Below are positions 25,686 through 39,827 of a stretch of DNA of 64,000 nucleotides, one piece after another; position 1 is the stretch's first letter; each line of letters starts with the position of its first letter. Below the pieces are notes generated by a model. The model saw only the letters and a list, made by a program, of their open reading frames with translations, was not told where the DNA came from and did not search any database. The stretch spans positions 224,998,001 to 225,062,000 of the forward strand of contig OX597814.1 in the NCBI GenBank assembly GCA_951406725.2, in the 5' to 3' direction. A program made the position numbers and the translations under genes. This DNA comes from Octopus vulgaris. Its lineage: Eukaryota.

Positions 25686-26292
25686 TTGTCATAATCATCA
25701 TCACCATCAACAACAACCACAACAGGGTCAAAGTGATAATAACAACTACAATATTTTTTGGCATTTACACAAGGTTACCCATTTTTAAGTGAAGACTACA
25801 TCGAGTGAATGAAGAGCACTTCGTATTATGTAGATATTTCAGAGCTCGGACAGATGACAGGTAAATATCAACATAGAAGAAGGTCAAAGCCGGTTTCTTA
25901 GCGAATCAGAACAGAATATGGCGCGTCATATAGCTCAAGCAGTAGGATCACTGTTTTTTATTTTCTAGGAGATTACTTTTGTCATGGAAGAAAAAAGGCA
26001 AAAAACGATAAAAGCATAATACAATGAAAATTATGTTATGCATTGGTAATATTTTCCATCGAGGAAAACTGGTCCAAATTTCACGTGGTGATTATCATTG
26101 GAAATAACAAATATTCCTCCTACACACAAGTTTGTGACATTTTCAATTTCCTCATTCGGTATGATTTAGTAGAACCTGGTAAGAAGCTAGAAGGAAAATA
26201 ATTTACATTGAAGGCTAAAATATTTTATTTGTATTAGGCAGGCATACTTTAAGATATAGCACAAACCACAGTAGCAAAAATATGAATATATA

Positions 26293-26329
<37 letters not shown>

Positions 26330-26354
26330 GTGTGTGCACATATATGAACATATA

Positions 26355-26535
26355 CAAGGGGTTGTGGGAATAAGTTCCCGGCTTCAGGTAAAAGAAAATA
26401 CAGGTGGATCAGTTAATTATGAATTTGTTCAATATATTCCCGTCTCAGATTTATACACTCGGAATGTTGGGCCTCTAGCCAGGCCTTTCACGACACCTTA
26501 AAACCAGAAACCTTTCAGCACCTCAACCTGCCCCG
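26355..26535. mobile_element. Degenerate mariner-type MITE
   Basis: TA-CAAGGGGTTG..AAGTTCCCGGCTT at left and AAACCAGAAACCTTTCAGCACC..CG-TA at right are loosely complementary. Confidence 0.4.
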
Positions 26536-26856
26536 TATGTATGTGCAAGCGCGCGCGTGTGATCATTGACTCGCCTTCTTAGATAATAACCGTCTTACAT
26601 TGAAGAGAAACCTTCCCCCATGACTTTGTCTAAAAGTACGGAAGCCTCATCTGCCCCTAAGAAATTTATTTTACTTATACATAGGACCCTGAAAAGTACT
26701 GTCATTCTGGGTTAGAACAATCTTAGGAGCAATGGTATTTAAGGGGTGACCCCATGCTCCCTACGGCTCAAGGACTCCCGAACTGGTGCCTCACCACCGA
26801 ATGAAATTTAAGGTCATGCCCACAATAAATATATATGTGTGTGTGTGTGTATGCAC

Positions 26857-27139
26857 ACAATTTCAGCGTGGAAGGTATTTATAAGCCATTTAAAGAAACG
26901 CAAAAACCGTTAGATTCACTCCAACATTTAAATTTGATTTATCAAAATGTTTTCGTCGCTTTGAAATCGCGGCCTGTTCCCTGCCAAAATTCCGTGCAGC
27001 ACTGAATTTTTTCAGTGAACAAGTCGCGGTTTCAAAGCGATGAAAATATTTTGACAAATTACATTTAAATTTTGAAGTGTATGTAACGGTTTTTGTGTGT
27101 TTTTAAATGGCTTATAAATACCTTCCACGCTGCAATTGT
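26857..27139. repeat. ~280-bp imperfect palindrome (two ~140-bp arms, almost no spacer), probably an inverted Penelope-like pLTR pair
   Basis: CAGCGTGGAAGGTATTTATAAGCCATTTAAA at 26864 is the exact reverse complement of TTTAAATGGCTTATAAATACCTTCCACGCTG ending 27132; pairing continues to the centre at ~26998. Confidence 0.9.
27005..27060 (+). ncRNA. Candidate variant hammerhead ribozyme with a G3-C8 core (second copy 26936-26991, minus strand)
   Basis: UCA-GUGAACA-A-GUCGC-GGUUUCAAA-GCGAU-GAAAAUAUUU-UGA: stem I, stem II and palindromic stem III in hammerhead order. Confidence 0.45.
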
Positions 27140-27769
27140 TTTTGTTTCAGCACACGATCTCAGATCAGGTCACTTGCTATGCAAGTACATCTTCGTAATA
27201 TATATGTATATGGTGGTGGCTGTCTATTCCTTATGCAGAGTCTGATCACCTCTTGTAACTACAGCCTAGAGTTGCAGTTAAGTTCTGATCTTTGTAAATC
27301 TTAAAATATCTTTTGAGGCCTCCGTTAGATTTGCAGATCTTATGGCATACACGGCAATGAAAGTTGCGCACAGATGTAAAGGAAGAGTAGTTGGTGGAGG
27401 TTCGTTTCTCATGGGTCTGCAAATGAGATTTGAGCCCAGCAAAAGAAATACATGGTCTGTCATTATTCAGTTTTATTTCAATATATATATTCTTCTTTTC
27501 TTCTATTCTTTCATTCTTTAAATCGTTTTAGCCGTACAACTGGGTCATGCCGAAGCACAACCGTGGTTTTGCTGATTTACTCAGGCTGGGTGGGTGGGGA
27601 GGTTCACGTCACCACTCATGTATATATAGGTAATGAAATAACACAAATGAAAATATACGTGAGGTATGCAGGGATATTGCATTTGTAGATCCATATCCTT
27701 GCATATCTCACGTCTATTTTCATTCCTCCACTTCACCCTCTATTTCATATCTTATCTAGAATAACTATT

Positions 27770-27875
27770 GCTAAACCATTTGAAGGGATATATAAAGTAT
27801 CCCGAAAACAGATGTAAGACCTTCTATTTATAAATGTTCTAAAATCTTTCACAGCCTTGGACTTTTATCTCATTC
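27770..27875 (+). mobile_element. Penelope-like pLTR remnant with a decayed hammerhead, same family as 3083
   Basis: TGAAGGGATA..TATCCCGAAAACAGATGTAAGACCTTCTA..CAGCCTTGG parallels 3091-3173. Confidence 0.5.
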
Positions 27876-28034
27876 TGAATATTCTTTTATATATACGCAT
27901 GCTGATATATGACCTACGTTGGATTCCTCATTCCCATAATCACCGAACCTGGAGCTTAACTATAGTATGTCCATAGCATTTACTCAGCATTACCCGACAC
28001 TTTTGGGTCTTATTGACACCATTACCTCTCATAA

Positions 28035-28169
<135 letters not shown>

Positions 28170-30329
28170 TAGTCCATCTATCTTAAGAGTTCGTTCAGTG
28201 GTGCTTTTACACGTCTACTGAATTTAACGTTTGTTGCTCTCTCTACAGTATGAAACTTCCAGCATTTGCTTAAAAGAAGAAAAAAAAATAACACATTTCT
28301 GCCATGTTAGTAAGTTTTTGCATTTGTGTGTTGATGTGCTGCAACGTGACACACCTTACTTGTTTGCTCTCACCGAAATATTCATTCGCCTGTCGAATCT
28401 TTGACTTAGTTTTAAAACATGTTTCTTTTTAAACGTATTTTTACCTGTTTTTATATTTCAAGAAGTAGGTATAGCAAAACGCCATCCAAAAGTTCGTGCT
28501 ATTTTATTTTGACATTTGAAGTTTTAAGTTAAAACGAAAAGATTTGAAATCACCCAAATTCACTACTTGACTGCCCGAACACATATAACTTCTTTAGCCC
28601 TTCAAAAGATCCTAGATTCCATTAGACTGGTGATTATATGCAGCATCATTGGGATGAAGAAAACTGAATGAAATGGTTAGGAAGGCTGGAGGCGAATTTC
28701 TCCACATAAGATGCTGAATCTCGCAATAAAAACTAATAAAACACTTATCAATTTATAGTAGATTATGTCTCTCACCTCGCGGAGGTATGTGGCATAATGG
28801 CGAGGGTATTCGGTTCATCACCATCAAGTTATAGTTTTGATTCTCGGATCGGGCATTGCGTTGTGTCCTCGAGACAAGCATTTCGTTTCACGTCGTTCCT
28901 GGATATTGAATGCATGGATAAATGAAGGCATGCTCGTGGCTGAATGCCGTTGGCCATTTGTGTTCTACTTCTTCAGGCTTGATCTTGAATCGGCAAGAAC
29001 AGCAATAATAATAACAACAACAGCAATAACAGCAGCAGCAACAACCGTTCAGAAATTTGGATCTGGAGATCTCCATTTCCAGGGACTTCGAGGGCCACCT
29101 CCCAGTGGTGTCGGGCGTCGATGAAGAGCCCTCGACTACAACAAGACGACCAAAGTGTTTTTTCCCAAGGTCTGGGTTCTCCCGCCTCCAAGCCCTAGAC
29201 CATCACCTAATCACCCTTAACCGTCTTCTGGCTTAACAACAACAACAACAGCAGCAACAATAAAAGTTTACTAGGATTATGATTGAGGTGAATATTATAA
29301 GGCAGAGCTGGTAACGGAATTATATTCACAGATTTCTTTCATAGTTGTACTCTTAAAAATTAAACACACTGATAGATGGGCATCGTCATAGATAAACTGC
29401 TGAATAACTGCATTCACAACTCACTTTCCACTGTGTTTATTTTGAGGAATGAAACCTGGCACCGGATCTGTTTGTTTTTTCCCGCCAGCCTACTTTATTC
29501 TCAGCAGTGTTCACCGCAGCAAGCAATTATTATAAAGAGTCTACAGCAACGAATATAATATGCATGGTTTCAATTTAAATCTAGTTGGATTCGAATTTGT
29601 TTTGCTATCTTTCCAGAATCGATGAAATACATAAACCAGAAAGAAAATGTTGTGAATTAGATAGATTGCAGATCCTCCTCTGGCAAGGGTGTATTTGTAC
29701 TTAGTTGAAATAAACCATTATAAATCAGAGAAACTTTTTAATTTCATTTACAATTTTTGTACGCTACCATTGATTTAGCTACACTTTTATCGTTCATTCC
29801 AAGACCGAGGGCAGCACCATTCCATTTTTATCAGGGTATCCAAGTTTGCTTGAACGAGGTAGTTATTCTTCAACTGAATACGTTGCCTGACCGCTTACGA
29901 CAGAGTGAACTCTGTTAAAGGCACTCGTGGATAAAGGTGGTGGTGCTTGAGTGCTTTTAGCGGAGTTCACTTTGCTGTAAACATTGGAGCGAAGTCTTAA
30001 GTTTGAGAATAATTTCCTTTTTGCCTTCCATCAGTCTTAAAGACCGTGAAAAGAAACAAAGTGACATGCGCATTGTCCCTATCTCCTTGACCTAGCTATA
30101 AAAATTTCCCTGTAGTCTCAGCAAGCATATTGAAGTAAATTATGCTATAAGAACAAACACCTTTAAATAGCCTTCGAACATCTTTCGATCTTTGCATCGT
30201 TGACATGCAATTACACATACACACACGCACACACATACACACACGCACACACACACACACACATCACACACACATACACACACATGCATGTTCATATATA
30301 TATATGTATGTATACATGTGAATGTATGC

Positions 30330-30386
<57 letters not shown>

Positions 30387-30620
30387 AATGTAGGATAAAA
30401 TATTTTTTGAAAAAAAAGTTTTAGCAATGGCCAGCATATTAAAAATACCTTTAAAGGTTAAAATTATAAACAACTTATAAATAAGGGCAAAGGAAAAAAT
30501 TTCTAATGCCAAATATGCCGAAAAATTGGACATATTGTCCATTAACCATTAATTTTTTCACAATACGTACGCTACTCGAAAAAAACCGACAGAAATTTCT
30601 AAAAAATTCCATTATTACCA

Positions 30621-30673
30621 TATCAGATCGATTTCAGGGTTAGTTCGTAAGAACCCTCCCTTCGTCAGTGATA
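30621..30673 (-). ncRNA. Canonical minimal type I hammerhead ribozyme (Penelope-type)
   Basis: Minus strand UAUCA-CUGACGA-AGGG(AGGGUUCUUACGAACUAA)CCCU-GAAAU-CG-AUC-UGAUA: intact core, 5-bp stem I, AUC cleavage triplet. Confidence 0.75.
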
Positions 30674-30826
30674 AATGTGGCAAAGAAATAAATGAGATAC
30701 TTACTCATACCCATGGAAGAAGCAAAACACTAAGTCATGAGCACAATTAAGTACTCCAAATACATCCAAAATAGAAACACTCCAGCCCATTCAAAACATA
30801 AGTTGTATATATATATATATCAACAT

Positions 30827-30860
<34 letters not shown>

Positions 30861-31538
30861 TTGTACAAGAGGAGAGTGAAAGAGAGAGAGTTTATATTAA
30901 CTCATTAATTCCATCCAGTTAATTGGAATTGCTCTGTAGACTAATTCAGAATTAACTAAATAAATGTTGTTGTTCATTCTTAGTTTTCATGCAGCAGTGC
31001 TTATGAATACTTAAGCGAAAACAATTTAGCTAATTCTTTGAGTTAATTTACCAGATGTACAAGTTCAATTTTACTCTTCATTTCATATACATACATACAC
31101 ACATACATACATGCATACATACATATGTATATTCTACTTGTCTGTTCTTTCAATCCACTTTCTAATTTTAGATACAATGCTCCAACGCAATTTACCCTTT
31201 TTCTCTTCAACATGAATATACTAGCATTTATTATCATACTGGCGTGCCGCATTAGCAAAATAGTAAGAGCGTTGGACGAAATGCCTTACAGTATTTCTTC
31301 CCACTTTTTCAGTCATTGGCAACCTGCATCCAGTGATACTTTCTGAATGGTACCGTTCATGAAAAATTACCTTGAAATTATTTAGTTATGCTGCTAGCTT
31401 GATGATGAGCAGCATCTCATGCGGCCCACTTTTCGAAAAAGATTATCCATGTCTGCTTTACACATTCTAGACTGAAAGCCCACCAAAATCAATTTTAGCC
31501 TTCATTGTTTTTTCTTGTTTTTGGTCATAAAATAAATT

Positions 31539-31787
31539 TTTAAAAAATGCGCCCTTTTAAAGCCTAGCCAGGCTCATGGGTCCGGTTTCAATGGCGCATG
31601 TGTTCCCCAGCTGGACAGGACGCCAAGCCATCGCAGCGTTACTCATTTTTGCCAGCTGAGTGGACTGGAGCAACGTGAAATGAAGTGTTTTGCTCAAGAA
31701 CACAACGTATCGCCCGGTCCAGGAATCGAAACCACAATCTTACTATCATGATGCTGACACCCTAACCACTAAGCCATGCGCCTCCAC
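31539..31787 (-). mobile_element. SINE family C with a 13-bp TSD, nested in an old family B SINE
   Basis: CATAAAATAAATT at 31526-31538 and 31788-31800; head GTGGAGGCGCATGGCTTAGTGGTTAGGG..GGTTTCGATTCC on the minus strand. Confidence 0.9.
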
Positions 31788-33515
31788 CATAAAATAAATT
31801 ACCAGTCAATTATTGTCGATGATACCGACTAGCTGTTCCCTCTGAAAATTGCTATCCTTGTACCTAAATTAGATACTAATATTAATCTATATGCTCTGCA
31901 ATGATTTAAGTTCGAGGCAGGTTGCGCTCAACATAACTCATAAACTACTTAACTGTAATGTTTTTCCCAGGTACTTCTATGTATTTCCCAGAATCAATCG
32001 TTACTTAGTAATTAATTTGTAATTGTTATACGGAGACTATATATGACTACGAACCAGCAGTGTCATGGTTTGCCTCACTGACGACATATCCCATCAGCAA
32101 ATGCAACAATGTAAAGTATCGTTAATTGAAAGAAACACCTAGCTTAATTAGAACCAATTCTATAACATGTAACCCAAACTCGACTTTATTTTATCTTTAT
32201 TTGTATGACTCGGCAATACATTTGAGATTTCGACAAGCTAAATTAAGTCATAATTATTTGAACATATATTTACTCACTTAGATTGCATATTTATACATAC
32301 ATAACAGATAATTATATATTTAAACACACATACTTACATCCATCCATTTAAATATGCACATATATAGAGACACTCGCGCGCACACAAACACATACATACT
32401 TGCACACACGGATATATATATATATATATATATATACGCATATAAGAATGAAAATCACTAATGTTTCTCACATTAAATTTTGAAGTACACAACTTAGAAA
32501 TGCTTAATTACGAACATGAGAGCAATGCCTCCAGGCAATTCAAATTAAGAGCAAAAACTAAAAGTAATTTTTGTTTGAAAAGAGATTATCCATCATCAGT
32601 TTTCAACAAAATCTGTGTATTCTGCTATTCCTGTTAGAGTCGAAATGATAGAGATATTTTGTGGCCGCCGACAAAGACGACTAGTGAGTCACATTTGTGT
32701 TGCTTCTTCTTATAGGGATGAAATGCCTATCAAAAAACTATATACATAACCAAAGATAAGGGTTTGCTAGGCTCTGAATTTATCTACAACACTGAAAATA
32801 ACTTCATACACAATAGCGATACAGCTGTCTATCGTGCAACAACAATACAAAGGAAATGATAACGCTTCATAGCAAAATATGCGGTAAAGACGCACATCAA
32901 TTTCTAAATTAATGCGAAGAAAGAGAAACTTTTGTCAAGGAAAAAATTACGATGAATTAGTAGAGGATTGGCATTGTTAATTTGTCTTTTATAGCAATAA
33001 CTACGGTTGCACTAATTCAATGGATTTTCTTGGGTGATTGAAAAACCAAGCGGAAAAACTGCCGTTTGAAGAATTTTGTCTTTGAAGACACGTGTTGTTG
33101 CTATGCACATTGATTATGTAAAGGCGACTTGATCTACATTCCAACAAACGATCATGCCACTTGAAGTTAGTTACTACCATGAAATAAAATGAAGTTTTGT
33201 ATAATTGCTCAGGGAGTGTTTAATGGTAGATGGTTTCAATCGTGAAAATATTTTATACGTTTTGACCATAGAAGGATGAAAGGCAAGTCGAACCGGTCGC
33301 ACCTCGAAATTAGAACGGAGAACCATAAACTAATACTGGTAGACATCTAATCTGACTCTAAATGCGGTGGAGTGGCAGAATTCTTAGAGTGTCCGACATA
33401 ACAGCTAGCAAAATTTAGTTAAACGCATCTTCATTCTCAGTTAAAATCCCGATAATGTCAAAGTTGATACACACACACACACATACACACACACACACAC
33501 ACATACACGCACACA

Positions 33516-33558
<43 letters not shown>

Positions 33559-33797
33559 TTGTACAAGAGGAGAGTGAGAGATAATGTCAAAGCTGATAAA
33601 ATGGTCGATGTAATCCACTCTAGGCTGTGGTGTGTCCTTGGCAGGAGATGGCTCGCCTAGTTGACTGTTCAATAATGGACAGTGTCAGAACGACGTAAGC
33701 CCATGGGTGCCGACAGGCAAAGCATTTGTGAGAAGGTGCAATATAAGTATTCGTTGACATTTTGTAGTTGTCGTGTGTGTGAGTGTGTATGATGAAA

Positions 33798-33860
33798 GAG
33801 AGAGAGAGAGAAAAGGGAGAGAGAAGGAGAGTGTAAGAGGGAGAGAGAAAGAAAGAGGAA

Positions 33861-33929
<69 letters not shown>
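33798..33929. repeat. (GA)n purine tract
   Basis: Seen directly. Confidence 0.95.
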
Positions 33930-33935
<6 letters not shown>

Positions 33936-34052
33936 TAGGGTTGCTCTTTCTGCTATATTTCTGTGATATTTTGTTACAAATATTCATATGAAAGCATCAT
34001 ACAGAAATCTGATTTGCTACTACACGATACTTACATACATGCATTCACACAA

Positions 34053-34072
34053 CTATCTATCTATCTATCTAC

Positions 34073-34142
<70 letters not shown>

Positions 34143-34151
34143 GTCTGTCTT

Positions 34152-34211
<60 letters not shown>
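34053..34211. repeat. (ATCT)n array, 5' flank of the Tx1-like element
   Basis: Seen directly. Confidence 0.95.
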
Positions 34212-34213
<2 letters not shown>

Positions 34214-34215
34214 AG

Positions 34216-37200
34216 TAAAAGAGACCAGTAAAAGCAGAAGCGATTAGGTACAGCAAAGCACTAGCCATAGATAGAAATAGAGTAGAGGGTGAGCTAGTTA
34301 AGAAGCTAGAAGAGGCAATTAGAAGCGGCATCGCATCCGACGTTTTGGCGGCGAGGTTGGCCCTCGACCAACACTTCAACGCCAAACACGAAGGATGTGC
34401 TGTCAGAGCTAGGATGCGTGCTCTAAGGAACGAAGGTGTTGGAGCCGCGAGAGAGGCCCGGGTGGCAGAGGCGCAACAGGGCAACAAAGCCACCATTCGG
34501 TCCCTGGTAGATGAACAGGGGCGCGAATTGCTCGAGCCAAGTAAAATGTGTGAGGCCTTTCAGCAGCATTTTGCCCGACTGTTCGGGACGAGTGGGGGCA
34601 AGAACGTAGGGTGGACTTCAGTGCCTACCTACATAGCCTACCACGACTCTCGACAAGAAAGGCAGGGTGCTGCGAAGGTGCCATCACGGCGGCGGAAGTG
34701 CAGGACGCGATGGCAGAATGCTCGAGGGACAAATCACCGGGTTTGGATGGTCTGCCCTACGAGATTTACAATTGTATGCCAGACTTGTCTGGAGATCTCT
34801 TGGCGGCGGTGTACTGCAACTGGCAGCAAAACGGGAGCATTCCTGGTTTTGTGAGCCGAGGAGCCGTAACACTGCTGAAGAAAGATCTAAACAAGGGAAA
34901 TGTAATAGATAACTTTAGGCCCATCACTCTGCTTAATGCAGATTTGAAAATTTTGGCCAAGGTGCTAGCCAAGAGGTTGGCGCTTGTCATCGAGAAACTG
35001 GTCGACAAGGCGCAAACATGCGCCGTGCCAGGCCGGACCATCCATGACAACCTCCACCTGATGCGCTACATCATAGACAGAGTAGTTAACGAACCTGGCA
35101 TGGGTGGGGCGCTGATCAATTTGGATCAATCGAAAGCCTTCGATAGGGTAGACCATCGATACTTGAAGGCGGTCCTCAGAGCGGCTGGCTTCGGTCCCGT
35201 CTTCCGCGGCTGTATAGCCGCTTTGTACAGAGGCATCCGTTCGGTAATTCGCGTGAATGGACATCTATCGAGACCCTTCGACATCGCACGTTCGGTCCGT
35301 CAGGGATGCCCCCTCTCGTCGCTTCTATACGTATTGACTCTCGAGCCATTATTGCGGAAGCTGGCAACTTTGAGGGGCATCCCGCGAGAACTGGGATGCG
35401 GGACGAGCGTGTCTGCATACGCGGACGACGTCACCGTCATAGTGTCTAGCCACGAGCACATCGAGCAGGTCGGCGAGACACTGAAAAACTACGAAGCGGT
35501 GACAGGAGCGAAAATCAACCGGGAAAAGTCAGTGGGCTTGCGACTAGGCACCTGGAGAAGCAAGCCCATGCCGTCCACCAGTGCCTCCGTCGTGGGACGC
35601 TGGACCGACGGCCCAGTTGAGTTGCTCGGGGTCTGGTTTGGTCCGGACCTCCAAGAGGAGAAGAACTGGAACGAGATAACGAGTAGGGTGGTCACTCTCG
35701 CCCGGCAATGGGCCAAGAGGAAACTGTCCCTAAAAGGTCGGGCGGAGGTGGAGAACACGTACATCGCGTCCGTTATCTACTACCGCCTGACCGTTGTACC
35801 CTGTCCCAACCCTACCATCACCAAACTTCAACGCATTCTCTTTCGCTTCTTGTGGAAAGGATGCGTCCCGATGGTCAGGCGATCCATTTGCTGTCAACAC
35901 CCGTTAAAAGGAGGGCTGGGCATGCCGTGGTTGATGATGCGCAGACACGCGCTGAGACTGCGACATCTCCGGCTCTATGTAGACGACGGTGAACAGGTGT
36001 GGTCGCCGTTTGTGAGGCACGCTTTCCCGCAGCTCGTCTCCATGACCGAACTGCAGTCGTGGATCAAAAAGAGGCCGAGGAAGGGCGAATGGCACCGCGA
36101 GTGTCGCGTTGCTCTCAAGCAACTCTGCCGTCCTGGGTCGACCTTGAGTGACTTCAACACACCCAAAGCATTCTATAGGGGATTAGTGGAGGGGAGGTAC
36201 GACGACGAGCTCGGGGCAAACCTGGACGTCGACAAGGAGTACCTGACCCGCCTGTTCAGGACGACTTTCGGGCCAGGGCCCATGGACAACTTCCAGAGAT
36301 CCCTGGCCTGGCAGTGTTACCGAGAAGCGCTACCCGTTCGGGATAAGCTCTACAGACACGGCTCGAGAAACACGGGGCCGACCTGCCCGAGATGCGGTCA
36401 GAGCGACGAAACAGTTCTGCACGCACTCGTTCAGTGTCCAACAATTTCCGACCTGTGGGCTTATGTCGAACAACTGCTGTCACGTGTGGGACGAGTCGGT
36501 TTATCAGCTGAGTCTATCGTCAATATTGTCACGCCTCCTTCCTTCAAACGGGAAGGAAGAGCTATTTTCATCATCTTTGTGGCTATGGCGAAAGAATGTA
36601 TCTGGTGGACGCGTCTGAAAGGATTGGAGACAAACACTTTCCTCTCTGGTCAATCTCTCATCAACTTCTTCAAGTACCACTTGAAAAGGAAAGTGAGAGT
36701 AGAGAGGCAAGTTTTGTCTAGCGAATGTTTTAAAAAAAGATGGGTGAATGTAGCAAGGATGGCACGTATGAATGACGAAGCCACCTTGAGCATAATCCTA
36801 TGAACCCAGAAATTGAAAACAGAGGGTTACCCACTTGCAAACAAATGTGGTAACATATAACAATATTGACCAAAGTTACCGTGGTCTTTTTCGTAGGCTT
36901 TTCTTCCCACGGATAAACCTTACTTGCTTTCCCCTTTACACCATATATCATAACACTGTGATACACGATCCCTATTGATCGTTCCTTTTTTTTTTCTTCT
37001 GCCCCTTTTTTTCCCCCTTTTTCTTCTTTTTTCATTTCTCTTTTCTTTTGTTCCTTTCCCTTTCTTTTTTTTTTCCTTTTATTCTTTTTATTTTTCATTC
37101 TATTTTTTTTCTTTTTTATTTGTTTTTGTTCTTTTCTTCCCTTTTACGATCCCTCTTGATCGAAAACCTACGCCACCCCCTTTTTTTCATCCCCCAAAAG

Positions 37201-37262
37201 AAAAGCTCTACCTTGTAACTTGTCCCATCCGTGTGCAGCCCTGTGTGGCCAATAAAGAAACT
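34216..37262 (+). mobile_element. 5'-truncated Tx1-like (L1 group) non-LTR retrotransposon
   Basis: GC-rich; KSPGLDGLPYE, NFRPITLLNADLKILAK, LDQSKAFDRVDH, VRQGCPLS, AYADD, GGLG.P, CPRC..ETVLHALVQC; T-rich 3' UTR and AATAAA at 37251; (ATCT)n on both sides. Confidence 0.92.
34611..36803 (+). CDS. Tx1-like ORF2 reverse transcriptase plus C-terminal zinc knuckle (partial; upstream part 34219-34600 in another frame; endonuclease missing)
   Basis: 730-codon open frame with all RT motifs; one frameshift near 34600. Confidence 0.85.
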   Translation: MDFSAYLHSLPRLSTRKAGCCEGAITAAEVQDAMAECSRDKSPGLDGLPYEIYNCMPDLSGDLLAAVYCNWQQNGSIPGFVSRGAVTLLKKDLNKGNVIDNFRPITLLNADLKILAKVLAKRLALVIEKLVDKAQTCAVPGRTIHDNLHLMRYIIDRVVNEPGMGGALINLDQSKAFDRVDHRYLKAVLRAAGFGPVFRGCIAALYRGIRSVIRVNGHLSRPFDIARSVRQGCPLSSLLYVLTLEPLLRKLATLRGIPRELGCGTSVSAYADDVTVIVSSHEHIEQVGETLKNYEAVTGAKINREKSVGLRLGTWRSKPMPSTSASVVGRWTDGPVELLGVWFGPDLQEEKNWNEITSRVVTLARQWAKRKLSLKGRAEVENTYIASVIYYRLTVVPCPNPTITKLQRILFRFLWKGCVPMVRRSICCQHPLKGGLGMPWLMMRRHALRLRHLRLYVDDGEQVWSPFVRHAFPQLVSMTELQSWIKKRPRKGEWHRECRVALKQLCRPGSTLSDFNTPKAFYRGLVEGRYDDELGANLDVDKEYLTRLFRTTFGPGPMDNFQRSLAWQCYREALPVRDKLYRHGSRNTGPTCPRCGQSDETVLHALVQCPTISDLWAYVEQLLSRVGRVGLSAESIVNIVTPPSFKREGRAIFIIFVAMAKECIWWTRLKGLETNTFLSGQSLINFFKYHLKRKVRVERQVLSSECFKKRWVNVARMARMNDEATLSIIL

Positions 37263-37324
37263 TATCTATCTATCTTTCTACCTACCCATCTCTCTATCTC
37301 TCTATCTCTCTATCTCTCTATCTC

Positions 37325-37363
<39 letters not shown>

Positions 37364-37384
37364 GTCTGTCTATCTGTCTGTCTA

Positions 37385-37452
<68 letters not shown>

Positions 37453-37472
37453 CATTTACCTATCTATCTATC
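37263..37472. repeat. (ATCT)n/(CT)n array between the two Tx1 copies
   Basis: Seen directly. Confidence 0.95.
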
Positions 37473-38283
<811 letters not shown>

Positions 38284-39061
38284 TCACAATTGGTTTCTTT
38301 CAACTGATACATCGCCTGATGTCATTCATGCCTTTCTCAATGAGATCAGCCGTGAAATGGTCACAAATAGAAATCGAAACTGCATCACGGTCTTAGCCAT
38401 TCGGAAACATACGTCACATCTCGGTTAATCCTCACAGGAAAAAATCAAAGTCAATTAATTAACTGAAAATTTAACAAACATCAACCTCAAAAAATATAAA
38501 TAAACAAAAAAAAGACAAAACATGAAAAATAAAATTATTGATATTCACTGAAGAATGAACTCCGATCAAGCAAACAAATAGACTAACGGACAGACATACC
38601 AACGAATGATCATATCTGAATTAGTGAAACGTTTCCCACTCAACACATAATTCAACTGAATATAGTGCCAGTTAGTTGCTTGCACGATAGGAAATATCGA
38701 CCATTTTCACCGAAAGCTGGTCAATGACGTCAAAGCGTTGCATTTCTTCCCAGTTGCTATTTATGGTAACATAACTGTTATTTATAAACTGCCTCATTCT
38801 GTATGGACAGAAGCCGATCCTTTCGATGAACCATCTCATTCATTCTTTACATGACACCAACATTCATTTCCGACTTCTTTCTTCCTTTCTTTCCTTCGTT
38901 CATTTATCCTTTCTTTCGTTTTTATTTTCGTTCTTTCTTTCTTCTTCGTCTTTATCCGCAGATAAAAATTATTTAGAGTCTGTTCGAAATGTTTGTTTTC
39001 ATACATATTTTAATATTATGACTATCACTCGCTAACAACGGATTTGTTGAACAAACCGCAC

Positions 39062-39827
<766 letters not shown>

